From: Patescibacteria group bacterium
GTDB taxonomy: Bacteria > Patescibacteriota > Patescibacteriia > UBA10025 > JAHIVO01
Length of the DNA: 64,000 bases
Direction of reading: 5' to 3'
NCBI GenBank assembly: GCA_041660605.1
Contig: JBAZWB010000002.1
Coordinates: 1,431 to 65,430 of the forward strand
Below are positions 29,266-39,535 of this stretch, in pieces; the stretch's first letter is position 1, and each line of letters opens with the position of its first letter. Position numbers and translations under genes: made by a program. Below the pieces are notes generated by a model. It did no database searches. It saw only the letters and a program-made list of their open reading frames with translations, and was not told the DNA's origin.

Positions 29266-29826
29266 TTATGCCTGAAGCTGATGTTTCTGGTGCCACCTTT
29301 TCTGGATAAAAAGCACCAGCCAGGTCAGCAGACCGACTAAAACTATCAGCACGATGTAGATGCCCAGTTTTTCATATTGCTCTATCAGGAAATAAAAAGC
29401 TTCGACTACCAGATGCAGGGTCATCCAGATGGAAAAAATAAAATAAGGCCAGGCGATAATTTTATTCGGACTTTCAATTTTCCGGTAATACAACCAAAAA
29501 TACAGGAGAAAGCCGGCCAGCAAAATTGGAATGGCAAATGCCGTATGGATCAGTAGGCGGTACATTTCATAGTCGCCCTGGTCATAGTTTGCACTGGAAG
29601 GGGTGGTGGGATAATAACTGTCAGAATATACCGGGTAACCGCCGCTGTATTGCGAGTAAGCAGGATTAAACCACTGATTGAGATCAAAAATGAACCTTTC
29701 TCCCAGAATTATCAGCACGATTGTCAGGATAATGACAAATAGTACTGCCATCCAGGACACCTTCACCTTTTTCTTTTTTGGCGATGGCGGAGGCGGGGGC
29801 ATTTGGGGAAGAATGTTTTTTGGCAT
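29266..29826 (-). CDS. membrane protein, hypothetical (186 aa), Pro-rich N-terminus
   Basis: MPKNILPQMPPPPPSPKKKK then 4 TM. Confidence 0.5.
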   Translation of the reverse strand: MPKNILPQMPPPPPSPKKKKVKVSWMAVLFVIILTIVLIILGERFIFDLNQWFNPAYSQYSGGYPVYSDSYYPTTPSSANYDQGDYEMYRLLIHTAFAIPILLAGFLLYFWLYYRKIESPNKIIAWPYFIFSIWMTLHLVVEAFYFLIEQYEKLGIYIVLIVLVGLLTWLVLFIQKRWHQKHQLQA

Positions 29827-29842
29827 AGTTTATATATGTTAA

Positions 29843-31645
29843 TTATTTATTTAACGGCTTTTTTAGTATTTTAACCACCGGATCGCTTTTTCGGCTGATC
29901 ACCATGATAGTAACGGCAAAACCTATGGATAGAGCCACGCCGGCGATAATTACCGCGTAAAAAGAGGAGAAAGAGCCGATGTTAGATGAAGCAATTTGCT
30001 TGCCTACCGTACTGGTATCGCTGGCCTCCCGAAAAAATAAATCCTCCGTCATCTGCGAATACGTCATGTTTCCGGTAAGCTTAGTCAGAAAATACTTTTT
30101 CTTGGACGGCTGCAGCAGCGCCTCTCCCTGGTCATCAAGGGCCAGGTTCTCCAGGCTTTTTTTATCTATCCAATTTGCATAAGTCGTAGAAAAGCCCGGC
30201 AAGGTTTTTTTGCCATCGGCTATTACATACAAAAGTATATTGACGGTATCCGAGCTGGCTGAATATATCGGCGTTATTTCAACATTTTGGTAATCAATAT
30301 TTTCTCCGCTAACCTCTTCCGTCAGGGAAGAATCAAAATGGGCCAAAAATAAAGTATCGGTGGCCGCCGCGAGGGCCTGACCGCCCAGTGCCGACTGATA
30401 ATCCGATTTAATGTCAGCGTCTGTCTTTTTTTCGCTGGAGATCATCACTTCATCCAATACGGCGTTGGCTGGTGAATTATAACCGTCATTTACCCGTTGG
30501 CCGATATACAGCTTCCCGCCTTTGGCTGAGGACATGCCCCAGGTAGAACCGCCATAGCTCGTTTCCATGGTTTGGGGGATTCCGTTTATATAAATAACCG
30601 GCGAATCACTCAGAGACCAGGTGGCCGCAATATGGTACCACTGGCCGCTATCCCAGCTTAAGGGCGTCTGATCGGAAGTCTTCCAAGCAACAAAAGCACC
30701 ATCTTTATAAGTTATAAATTGAAGATTATCATGACTGCTATCCTTGCCGTGCCGCAATTCAAAAACATCACTGCCATTGACATCCGTAACGTTTAATAAC
30801 GAATTATATCCCAGATTCATTGATGACCAGATACTGTCCGGCTTGACCCATAACTCTACGCTGCCGCTGTCGGAATTAAAAAAATTTGCCGAATCATTGC
30901 TTAATACATCCGCAGATCCTACATGCACGCCATTATTCAGCCGGCCAGTTGAATAGGTGGGGAGGAGGCCAGAGCTCTCCTGGGTTTGCGAAGTTATGGA
31001 GGAAATCTTCATCGGGAAAACTAATTTTTTCGTGGTAAAAGAGATATCCACCGGAGTGGCGTGCCCCTGGCGCAGCTGTTGGGAGACATCAGCCCAGGCC
31101 AGGCTCTCGGGATTAATTTTCATGGCGACAAAATACCAGTTATTTTCAATATAACTATCAAGCACATAGCTGGCGGAAGCAGGAAAATCATAGCCATTAT
31201 CCTGCAGCCACTTTGCCAGCGAGTTCTTATCGGTTGACGATAAAACCGTCACATCGTAATAATCAACTTTTTTTGTTTCTACCACCGTTACCCCAGAAGC
31301 CTCCTGCTTTACCGAACCGCTAAGGCCAAAAACATCCGTTGCGTAATTATAAACCGAGCCAGTGGCTGCTTCCAGCGAGGTAAAAATTTCATCAGAACCC
31401 TTTTTGACCGTTGGCTTGGAGGGAGTCGGCACTACCCAGCCGAAATCTTTGGCATTGCCCTGGAAGGAAATGGAAAGAATCAGATGCTCCACGCCCTGAT
31501 CATAAAAAACAACCGCCCGCTGGTCTGTTTCCTGTACCCAATAATCCGGAGGCGGCATGATCATGCCATCAGCAGCGGCAATTTGCGGGAAAATAAAAAT
31601 ACTGATTAGGATTAAAAACGCAAATTTTTGGACTGACGCCTTCAT
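29843..31645 (-). CDS. secreted, C-terminally TM-anchored protein with central LamG-like (concanavalin A-like lectin) domain; flanks resemble DUF2330
   Basis: signal peptide MKASVQKFAFLILISIFIFPQIAAA; VELWVKPDS...WYHIAATW LamG_3-like block; C-terminal hydrophobic anchor. Confidence 0.6.
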   Translation of the reverse strand: MKASVQKFAFLILISIFIFPQIAAADGMIMPPPDYWVQETDQRAVVFYDQGVEHLILSISFQGNAKDFGWVVPTPSKPTVKKGSDEIFTSLEAATGSVYNYATDVFGLSGSVKQEASGVTVVETKKVDYYDVTVLSSTDKNSLAKWLQDNGYDFPASASYVLDSYIENNWYFVAMKINPESLAWADVSQQLRQGHATPVDISFTTKKLVFPMKISSITSQTQESSGLLPTYSTGRLNNGVHVGSADVLSNDSANFFNSDSGSVELWVKPDSIWSSMNLGYNSLLNVTDVNGSDVFELRHGKDSSHDNLQFITYKDGAFVAWKTSDQTPLSWDSGQWYHIAATWSLSDSPVIYINGIPQTMETSYGGSTWGMSSAKGGKLYIGQRVNDGYNSPANAVLDEVMISSEKKTDADIKSDYQSALGGQALAAATDTLFLAHFDSSLTEEVSGENIDYQNVEITPIYSASSDTVNILLYVIADGKKTLPGFSTTYANWIDKKSLENLALDDQGEALLQPSKKKYFLTKLTGNMTYSQMTEDLFFREASDTSTVGKQIASSNIGSFSSFYAVIIAGVALSIGFAVTIMVISRKSDPVVKILKKPLNK

Positions 31646-31649
31646 ATAT

Positions 31650-31982
31650 TTATTTTCTTTTCTTATTAATGTTATTTAAAGGTAATTGTTGCTGTCTGCC
31701 GGACTGGCGCCTGACTTCTTTCCTGCCCCGGGGAGTTAATTTGACCTCATCGATAAACCATTTTTCCGGAGTGCGGCGGCCGTAACCGATTAATAAACCC
31801 CTCTTAATCATCCGCTCCAGGCTCTTGGTAATTATCCCCTGCTGATCCCCTGGTTTAGGAAGCTTGTTCTTCTTATCATAAAATTTCTGGAACTGAATTC
31901 TCTTGATTTTGCCGCCAGTTCCAAAGCTGCTTAATAAAATAAATTTTTGGAGCCGTGAAAGCTTCATACTGTCAATATCCAA
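31650..31982 (-). CDS. hypothetical basic protein (110 aa)
   Basis: six-frame ORF. Confidence 0.45.
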   Translation of the reverse strand: MDIDSMKLSRLQKFILLSSFGTGGKIKRIQFQKFYDKKNKLPKPGDQQGIITKSLERMIKRGLLIGYGRRTPEKWFIDEVKLTPRGRKEVRRQSGRQQQLPLNNINKKRK

Positions 31983-32115
31983 TTCTTAAATACCCAATAT
32001 CCATTAAATGTGCAAGTCCGTAGGAAAAGTCATTAATATCGTAATATAAATTGGAATTTGGAATTTCATTGGAAATTGGGTATCGGATATTGGTCATTAA
32101 TCCACTGACTAATAA

Positions 32116-33513
32116 TTACTTTTTATCAATTCGAATCTGCAAATCCCTCAACTGTTTCTCGTCCACCTCCGACGGACTTCCCGTCATCGGTTCGCGGTTA
32201 TCGCCGGTCTTGGGAAAAGCCACTACTTCCCTGACATTCGGTACACTAAGCAGTATCATCAATAGCCGGTCGATGCCCGGAGCAAATCCGCCGTGCGGCG
32301 GAACGCCGTATTCAAACGCTTCCAGCATATGCCCGAACTGCACTTTTGCCTCCTCACGGCTGACTCCAACCAGTTCCATTATTTTTTCCAAAACCTTCGG
32401 GTCTGTTGTCCTGATGCTGCCTCCGCCCACCTCATAACCGTTTAAAACCAGGTCATGCTGCCAGGAACGGACTTTTGCCGGAGCAGTTTCTAATAAGGGC
32501 AAATCTTCTGTTCGTGGCGCAGTAAAGATATGATGAAAGGCTACATACTTCCCGTCCTTTTTTTCCGGTTCGAAAAACGGCCAGTCAATAACATAGCAAA
32601 AGGCCAGCTCATTTGGATCATTTTTATCCTTACGCATATCCGGCTTATCGCTGCCGTACTTCTTCATCGCCTCATCAAAAGTAATCCTTGGCCACGGCGT
32701 AAAGGTCAGGTGTTTTTCGGGAAACAGGTCGCTTATCAATTTTGTAAAAAGCTTTTCCGTCAGATCAAGCAGCTCCGACTGCGAGATAAACGACATTTCC
32801 ATATCCAGCTGATAAAACTGGTCCGGCGCCCGGTCCGCTCTGGCATCCTCATCGCGGAAACAAGGCGCGATCTGGAAATATTTGTCAAAACCCGCCACCA
32901 TCAGCATCTGCTTGTACTGCTGCGGCGACTGGGGTAAAGCGTAAAACTTGCCGGGATACTGGCGCGACGGCACTAAGTAATCCCGGGCGCCCTCTGGCGT
33001 TGATTTGGCCAGTATCGGCGTTTCTATCTCGATAAAACCCGCCTCATGCAGAAAATCCCGAATAAATTTAATAGCTTTCGATCGGATGATTATCCGGCGT
33101 TGGTTTTTCATCCGGCGCAGGTCAAGATAGCGGTATTTAAAGCGCAGCTCTTCGCCAGGCTCTTCTTTATCAGTTTCCACAATTTCAAATGGAGGCGTCT
33201 TCGCACTGGAAAGGATTTTCATCTCCAGCGCCTGAATTTCCACCGCGCCGGTTGGCATGTCTTTATTAACCAGTTTGGCCGGCCTGTTATTCACCTGCCC
33301 GATAATTTCCACCACGAATTCCGGCCGCAATTGCTTCGCTTGTTCAAGCAGATCCTTTTTATCGGACAAAAAAACGACCTGGGCTAATCCGGAAACGTCC
33401 CATAAATCAATAAAAACCATTTTTCCCAGACGACGGGCGGTCCTGACCCAGCCGCATAATCTCACCTGCTGGTTAACGCTTTTGATTGTCTCAATCACTA
33501 AAGTCCTTTTCAT
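32116..33513 (-). CDS. aspS: aspartate--tRNA ligase, bacterial-type catalytic core but short (465 aa, no GAD insertion domain)
   Basis: anticodon-binding OB N-term; QSPQQYKQMLMVAGFDKYFQIAPCFRDEDARADR; C-term GGFAPGIDRLLMIL. Confidence 0.88.
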   Translation of the reverse strand: MKRTLVIETIKSVNQQVRLCGWVRTARRLGKMVFIDLWDVSGLAQVVFLSDKKDLLEQAKQLRPEFVVEIIGQVNNRPAKLVNKDMPTGAVEIQALEMKILSSAKTPPFEIVETDKEEPGEELRFKYRYLDLRRMKNQRRIIIRSKAIKFIRDFLHEAGFIEIETPILAKSTPEGARDYLVPSRQYPGKFYALPQSPQQYKQMLMVAGFDKYFQIAPCFRDEDARADRAPDQFYQLDMEMSFISQSELLDLTEKLFTKLISDLFPEKHLTFTPWPRITFDEAMKKYGSDKPDMRKDKNDPNELAFCYVIDWPFFEPEKKDGKYVAFHHIFTAPRTEDLPLLETAPAKVRSWQHDLVLNGYEVGGGSIRTTDPKVLEKIMELVGVSREEAKVQFGHMLEAFEYGVPPHGGFAPGIDRLLMILLSVPNVREVVAFPKTGDNREPMTGSPSEVDEKQLRDLQIRIDKK

Positions 33514-33525
33514 GAAGAATTTTTA

Positions 33526-34146
33526 TTATTGGAATTGCCAGGTCGCCAATACCGGAACTGACGAAGAGCTGTAATCGGCTTCATATAAATTACCATTATC
33601 TATAAAATAAATCTGGTCATTATCGCTGCTGCCGGGTTTCTGGCGATAGACAGTGGCCTGACGGCCTCCAACCTTTTCTGCGTAAGTCTGGTAGATATTG
33701 GGATTCACCCCTGTCAACCGCTCAAAAGCCGCAGCCAGGTCTTCTCCGGATTGCAGGCTGAAAACTTTAATGGAAAAAATATGCCGCTCTCCGGAATCGA
33801 AGGAAATGACTAAGCCCTGATATTGTGTATAAAAAATTGCCTCCTGCGTCAGCTTGTAATCGGACGGATAACTTAAAGTCAGGCCAAGATTGGGATCGGA
33901 ATATTTTTTCCAGCCGGCGGTATCAACATTCTTCGGTATATCCAAGCTGCGTTTGCTGAAAGCTTTGACGATCAGAATATTTGAAGTCGGCGTAGGATTC
34001 TCTATCCAGAAAAAATACAAAAAATAAAAGACAAAAACTACCACGATCGTCTCTATCAATATCACGGAGACTCCCCAGAAAGTGGAAAAACCCTGCTGAC
34101 TATGAATACTTTTTTTTATTTGCATAAATTTTTCGTTTTTAGGCAA
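33526..34146 (-). CDS. membrane-anchored hypothetical protein
   Basis: TM FWGVSVILIETIVVVFVFYFLYFF; start uncertain (overlaps next ORF by 31 nt). Confidence 0.5.
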   Translation of the reverse strand: MPKNEKFMQIKKSIHSQQGFSTFWGVSVILIETIVVVFVFYFLYFFWIENPTPTSNILIVKAFSKRSLDIPKNVDTAGWKKYSDPNLGLTLSYPSDYKLTQEAIFYTQYQGLVISFDSGERHIFSIKVFSLQSGEDLAAAFERLTGVNPNIYQTYAEKVGGRQATVYRQKPGSSDNDQIYFIDNGNLYEADYSSSSVPVLATWQFQ

Positions 34147-34520
34147 TCACCGCCGTTTTTATTTTTTATCAGCTTACCGCACGCTACATTGTTTCCCTCC
34201 AGAGAATTATACCCGCACCAGGCATAATAATCCCCGAATTTATCCAGAATAACATTGCCAACCCCGAGACAATTGCTATCCAAAATATAGCGGCTGTCGC
34301 ATTTATATACGCTGGTGGCATAGCACTCAGGGGGGAATTTATCATTTGCCTTGAAACAGGAAGCCGTCGCTTTTTCTTTGCCTTTTAAAAGCCGATAGGT
34401 TTCATTATTATTCAGAGTTATGGATATGCCGTCAAGCAAGACGAGCGACAGAGTCAATAATCCAAATAATATGATTGACAGGCTAGAGACTCCTTGCTGA
34501 TTTTTTGCTGATAATTTCAC
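34116..34520 (-). CDS. small secreted Cys-rich protein (134 aa)
   Basis: signal peptide then 9 Cys. Confidence 0.5.
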   Translation of the reverse strand: MKLSAKNQQGVSSLSIILFGLLTLSLVLLDGISITLNNNETYRLLKGKEKATASCFKANDKFPPECYATSVYKCDSRYILDSNCLGVGNVILDKFGDYYAWCGYNSLEGNNVACGKLIKNKNGGDCLKTKNLCK

Positions 34521-34524
34521 GAAT

Positions 34525-35817
34525 TTATGGCCTTAATCTGTTTAAAAGGCGCGGAAATGGTATGGTTTCGCGTACATGATCCAAACCGCAAATCCAGGCT
34601 ACCGTTCTCTCCAGTCCGATGCCAAATCCGGAATGCGGCACAGAACCGTAGCGCCGCAAGTCTAGATACCAGTCAAAATCCTTTTGCGGCAGCTTATACT
34701 CTTTGATTCTCTTTTCCAAAATTTTCAGATCCCAGACTCTTTCTGAACCGCCGATGATTTCACCGTAACCCTCCGGCGCCAGCAAATCGTCGCACATAGC
34801 CAGTTCAGGATTTGTCGGATCCGGCTGCATATAAAAGGCTTTTATTTTTGCGGGATAATTTGTAACAAATACCGGTTTGTCAAATTCTTTGGTTAAAAGC
34901 GTCTCATCATCAGCGCCCAGATCATCGCCAAACTTTATATCCGAACCAAGGACTTTTAGCTTATCAACCGCCTCCTGATATGAAATTCGCGGAAATGGAG
35001 TTTTAACTTTTTCCAATAAACTGATGTCCCGTTTTAAAATCTCCAGCTCCCGGGCACGGTTCCGCAAAATATGGCTGACGACATATTGCACTAATTTTTC
35101 CTGAACCTCCATATTTTCTTCGTGCTGCACGAACGCCGCTTCCGCATCAAGCATCCAGAATTCCATCATATGCCTTCTGGTCTTGGATTTTTCCGCGCGG
35201 AAAGTCGGACCGAAATCATAAACACGCCCGAGCGCCATGGCCAGGGCTTCCAGATAAAGCTGGCCGGATTGCGATAGATAGGCTTTCTCGTCAAAATAAT
35301 CGGTGGAAAAAAGCGTAGTCGTCCCCTCGCATGAGGTCGGGGTCAGAATCGGCGTATCAGTCAGAACATATCCCTGCTGCCGGAAAAATTCGCGCATTGA
35401 CCAGATAATCTCATCACGGATCCGCAAAATCGCCGTCTGGCGCTCTGAACGGATCCATAAATGCCGGTTATCCAGTAAAAAATCCACGCCATGCTCTTTC
35501 TTGGCAATCGGGTATTCCTCTGCAATGCTGATTAGCTTTAAATCCTTGACCTGCATTTCATAGCCAAACGGCGAGCGCTTATCTTCCATTGCCTGGCCAG
35601 ATACTTCAACGCTGGTTTCCATGGTTATTTTTTCGCAAGCCTGCCAGACTTCCGCGCTTACCTCATTTTTTGAGATAACCGCCTGTATTCTGCCAGTGCC
35701 ATCGCGCAATTGGAGGAAAAATATCTTACCGGAACTGCGGAAATTAAATACCCAGGCCTTGATTGTTATTTCCTGACCAAGGAAATTGGCTAAATCCGAT
35801 AGATAGACATGCTTCAT
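34525..35817 (-). CDS. asnS: asparagine--tRNA ligase
   Basis: 430 aa; class II motifs; C-terminus PHSGFGIGLERTVAWICGLDHVRETIPFPR. Confidence 0.9.
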   Translation of the reverse strand: MKHVYLSDLANFLGQEITIKAWVFNFRSSGKIFFLQLRDGTGRIQAVISKNEVSAEVWQACEKITMETSVEVSGQAMEDKRSPFGYEMQVKDLKLISIAEEYPIAKKEHGVDFLLDNRHLWIRSERQTAILRIRDEIIWSMREFFRQQGYVLTDTPILTPTSCEGTTTLFSTDYFDEKAYLSQSGQLYLEALAMALGRVYDFGPTFRAEKSKTRRHMMEFWMLDAEAAFVQHEENMEVQEKLVQYVVSHILRNRARELEILKRDISLLEKVKTPFPRISYQEAVDKLKVLGSDIKFGDDLGADDETLLTKEFDKPVFVTNYPAKIKAFYMQPDPTNPELAMCDDLLAPEGYGEIIGGSERVWDLKILEKRIKEYKLPQKDFDWYLDLRRYGSVPHSGFGIGLERTVAWICGLDHVRETIPFPRLLNRLRP

Positions 35818-35867
35818 ATTGATTTATCTTTTATTTCCTTAATATTATACCGTTTTTTTGTGTATTT

Positions 35868-35920
35868 TGCAAATATTAAAAAATCTAAAGTTAGCCAAAA
35901 CGATGTCTGAGCTTTAGATT
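35868..35920 (-). terminator. putative intrinsic terminator downstream of P-type ATPase gene
   Basis: aatctaaag...ctttagatt inverted repeat followed (minus sense) by TTTTTTAAT. Confidence 0.35.
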
Positions 35921-35976
35921 ATTAAAAACATTAAAATACGGGGTATAATCCCAATACTTGATGATAAAAAGGCTAA

Positions 35977-38688
35977 TTAGTCAATTTTATTAACAACCAA
36001 TCCGGCATGCTTATTTTTACTAACTAAGCCACGGCCATATAAAAGCCATTTAAGAAATTCCATCACCATAATAGTGAGGAGAGAAAACAGTAATACATAA
36101 AACCAGTCGGTTAGTACCATTGGCACAGTGCCGAATATTTGCTGGAAAAACGGTACATAGATCGCCAAAAATTGTACTGCTAATCCAAAAAAGCAGGCAA
36201 TGATCAGGTATGGATTTGAGAATAAATTCTGGCGCCAGATGGGCCGGCGTAATGAACGTGAGCTAAAAACATAAAATAATGAGTCAATCGCCACAGCCGT
36301 AAAGATAACCGTCCGGGCCAGCGCCAGGTCACCCCCAGCCTGCCAGAGCCAATAAAAAAGCCCAAGCGCGGCTAAACCTGTCACCAGACTGATGCCGATT
36401 ATCAAAGTGATGATTCGGCGATCCAGGATCGGTTGCTTCAGTTTTACCGGCTGCTCCTGCATAATCCCGGCCTCACCTGGTTCTAGCGTCAGGGCGACAT
36501 TGGGAAAGCCGTCAGTCACTAAATTAATCCACAATATCTGGGCAGCCAGCAACGGCAATGGCCATCCCAACAGCAAACTTACGGAAATAATGACCATCTC
36601 GGTAAAACTGTCCGACATTAAATACAATATTACTTTTTTAATATTATCGTAAATGATCCTGCCTTGCTCAACAGCTTTGACTATCGTGTTAAAATTATTA
36701 TCAAGCAGCACAATATCGGCAGTTTCTTTAGCCACGTCAGTGCCGGAACCAAGCGCTACGCCGATATCAGCCGACTTCAAGGCCGGCGCATCATTTATCC
36801 CATCACCGGTCATGGCCACCACTTCACCCTTAGCTTGCCAGGCATCAATGATCCTCAGCTTGTCCCGCGGATTGACTCTGGCATAAACGGAAATATCGGT
36901 AATCCGTCGGTGTAGGGCGGCTTCGTCCAGTTTTTCAAATTCCACACCTTCAATAATATTCTTATCCTCCGCCGGCAAACCGATCTCACGGGCAATCGCC
37001 TTGGCCGTCAGCCGATGATCGCCGGTCAGCATGACTGTCCTGATTCCAGCTCGCTGGCAGATTTCAATAGTCTTTTTCGCTTCCTGGCGCAGCGGGTCCT
37101 TGATGCCGACAAACCCGACAAAAACCAGATCCTCCATCGCTTTCTGATCGCTCATCATCTGACTGTAATCGTTCCTTACTTCCTTATAGCACAAGGCCAG
37201 GATCCTCAGACCCTCGCTGCTTAATTTTTCATATTCTTTGATTAATTTTTTCTTTTTTTCTGCATCAAGCTTGATTACCCTGCCGTCCAGATACGCGCGC
37301 GCTGAAAATTTCATTAAAAATTCCGGCGCGCCTTTGTAATAAATAGTCCGCTCTTTAGCTTGATTTTCATGCAAAGAAGCCATATATTTCCTGTCCGAAC
37401 TGAAGGGCACCACTTCCAGCCGGCGATTTTCTTTCCTGATCTTTGCCAGGTCCATGCCGGTTTGTGAAGCCGATAAAATCAGAGCCTTTTCCGTTGGATT
37501 TCCTATGACAGTTCGATGGACAACGCCCTCTTCCGGATCTTCAATATAGGCATCGGAAGCCAGTACGCCGATCTTCAAAGCTAAAAAATAGCTTTTTGCG
37601 CTGATTTCCTCGCTGTGCTCTTCAAAATTAAAACTGTTTGCATCCAGGCTTTCGTCATGAGTAATAATCTTTACGACTTTCATTTCCCCTTCCGTCAGAG
37701 TGCCTGTCTTATCGGTACAGATAACCGTAGTCGATCCCAGGGTTTCCGCAGCAATCAATTTCCTCACCAGCGCCTTATGCTTCAATATTCTCTGCATGCC
37801 GATGGCCAGTATGACCGTCAGCACCACTACCAAGCCCTCCGGCAAAGCCGCCACTGCCAGAGCGACCGCAGTGGTGAACATATCGCGAAAATCATATTTT
37901 AGAATAATTCCGGCCAGAAATACTACAAATGCCAAAATCAAAATTATTATGCCTAAATTTTTTGCCAGGCGTGAAAGTTTTTTTTGCAGGGGCGTGGGCT
38001 CATCCTCAGTTTTTTTTATTAAATTAGCGATTTTCCCTAATTCCGTCTTTTGTCCCGTGCCAACCACAATTCCCTCGCCTGAGCCGGAAACAACCGTCGT
38101 ACCCAGGAACAGCATATTTGTCTGTTCCGCCAATATCACCGCTGATTTGAGCGCCTTATCTGTTTTATTTACCGGTACGGATTCGCCGGTCAGACTGGCT
38201 TCGTTAACGCTTAAATCCGTTGAGCTGATTATTCTCAAGTCCGCCGGCACTCTTTGCCCGGCGCTGATGATGACGATGTCTCCTGGAACTAAATCCGTGG
38301 TGGCTAGGCGTTTTTCATGTCCCTGGCGCCGGACCGTGGCGTATTGAGTAACCACCTGCCGTAAAATCGCCAGAGACCTTTGAGCCCTATATTCCTGAAT
38401 GAACCCCACTAGCACATTCAAGCCGACGGCGGCGAGAATCACGTACATATTAACGATATCATCCAGAAAAAAACTTACTAAAGCGGCGATAAGTAAAATA
38501 TAAATTAGGGCGCTTTTAAATTGCCGGATAAGAATAAGCCAGGCAGAAAAAGATTTTTCGGCTGGTAATTTATTTTGGCCAAATTCATTCTGTCTTTTTT
38601 CTGCTTCATCCTGCTCTAAACCAGCTAAGTCGGTTTTCAGTGCCTTAAGCGCCTGCTCAATCGGATGATTAAAATATTGGTCTTCCAT
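35977..38688 (-). CDS. P-type cation-transporting ATPase (P2-type, Ca2+/Mg2+ ATPase-like)
   Basis: 903 aa; DKTGTLT phosphorylation site, TGDHRLTA, MTGDGINDAPAL, 10 TM. Confidence 0.92.
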   Translation of the reverse strand: MEDQYFNHPIEQALKALKTDLAGLEQDEAEKRQNEFGQNKLPAEKSFSAWLILIRQFKSALIYILLIAALVSFFLDDIVNMYVILAAVGLNVLVGFIQEYRAQRSLAILRQVVTQYATVRRQGHEKRLATTDLVPGDIVIISAGQRVPADLRIISSTDLSVNEASLTGESVPVNKTDKALKSAVILAEQTNMLFLGTTVVSGSGEGIVVGTGQKTELGKIANLIKKTEDEPTPLQKKLSRLAKNLGIIILILAFVVFLAGIILKYDFRDMFTTAVALAVAALPEGLVVVLTVILAIGMQRILKHKALVRKLIAAETLGSTTVICTDKTGTLTEGEMKVVKIITHDESLDANSFNFEEHSEEISAKSYFLALKIGVLASDAYIEDPEEGVVHRTVIGNPTEKALILSASQTGMDLAKIRKENRRLEVVPFSSDRKYMASLHENQAKERTIYYKGAPEFLMKFSARAYLDGRVIKLDAEKKKKLIKEYEKLSSEGLRILALCYKEVRNDYSQMMSDQKAMEDLVFVGFVGIKDPLRQEAKKTIEICQRAGIRTVMLTGDHRLTAKAIAREIGLPAEDKNIIEGVEFEKLDEAALHRRITDISVYARVNPRDKLRIIDAWQAKGEVVAMTGDGINDAPALKSADIGVALGSGTDVAKETADIVLLDNNFNTIVKAVEQGRIIYDNIKKVILYLMSDSFTEMVIISVSLLLGWPLPLLAAQILWINLVTDGFPNVALTLEPGEAGIMQEQPVKLKQPILDRRIITLIIGISLVTGLAALGLFYWLWQAGGDLALARTVIFTAVAIDSLFYVFSSRSLRRPIWRQNLFSNPYLIIACFFGLAVQFLAIYVPFFQQIFGTVPMVLTDWFYVLLFSLLTIMVMEFLKWLLYGRGLVSKNKHAGLVVNKID

Positions 38689-38792
38689 ATTTATGCTCTC
38701 ATTTTAGCATATAATAACATATTTAAAAACGGGTTCTCGATTGAAAGCCCGCTTTTAAATATTTAATTAGTTACAATAAATTTCTATATCAA

Positions 38793-39146
38793 TTACTTAG
38801 TGAAGCTAATAAATCTGCCGACAACAAAAGTCACTATCGCCCAGGCCAGTAAGATAATAATTAACCCGACTACCGCCGCTGAGATTATTTTTTTAGCAGT
38901 GGAAATCTTGTCTTCATTGCCACCCGCGGTCATCCAGATGAAACCACCATATAATACGAAAACAACGGCAATTAAACCCAGAAAACCGAGTACCCATTGA
39001 ATGATTTTAATAACTGTGGATTCTAAGTCAGCCGTACCTAAATTAAAAGTTGTTCCCAGATCGGCATTTATGGTTGCCTGAGCACTGACCACCGCTGGCA
39101 CTAATAAAATACCCAGCGCTAGGATTGAAATCAATAATTTTTTCAT
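38793..39146 (-). CDS. TrbC/VirB2-like pilin family small membrane protein (CPR 'pilin')
   Basis: signal peptide + two TM with GGFIWMTAGGNED loop; strong SD agggggtg upstream. Confidence 0.45.
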   Translation of the reverse strand: MKKLLISILALGILLVPAVVSAQATINADLGTTFNLGTADLESTVIKIIQWVLGFLGLIAVVFVLYGGFIWMTAGGNEDKISTAKKIISAAVVGLIIILLAWAIVTFVVGRFISFTK

Positions 39147-39420
39147 GACGCACCCCCTTTCGAACCCCCGTTAATTTGAATAATTAAAATTTCTTCTTGG
39201 TATATAAATAAAAAAATACTATAAAAATCAGTAATAGCGCTAAAACAAATCCCTGTCCGCCGGTTACATTCATAATCTAATTTATGAGCAATTTATTATT
39301 ATTTGTGCAATAAAGCTTTTAATCAATATTCGTGATTACCTTAGAATTATAACAATTTCCGGAAAATAAGCAAATAGAAATGTGCATTATAAAATCGCAA
39401 TCTGATTAACAAAAAATCAA

Positions 39421-39493
39421 GAACTCTCTGGGTCGTGCCCCGCCATTCGGCGGGGCGACACCTCCGCTCCTTTGGAGCGGAGTGCTCTATGGC
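39421..39493. repeat. structured repeat copy A (two GC-rich hairpins; outer end duplicates tRNA-Lys 3' end)
   Basis: gaactctctgggtcgtgCCCCGCCattcGGCGGGGcgacaCCTCCGCTCCtttGGAGCGGAGtgctcta; inverted relative to copy B at 39871-39962. Confidence 0.6.
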
Positions 39494-39535
39494 TATATAA
39501 GTTGTGGATTGTTAATTGAGAATTTAAAAACTCTT

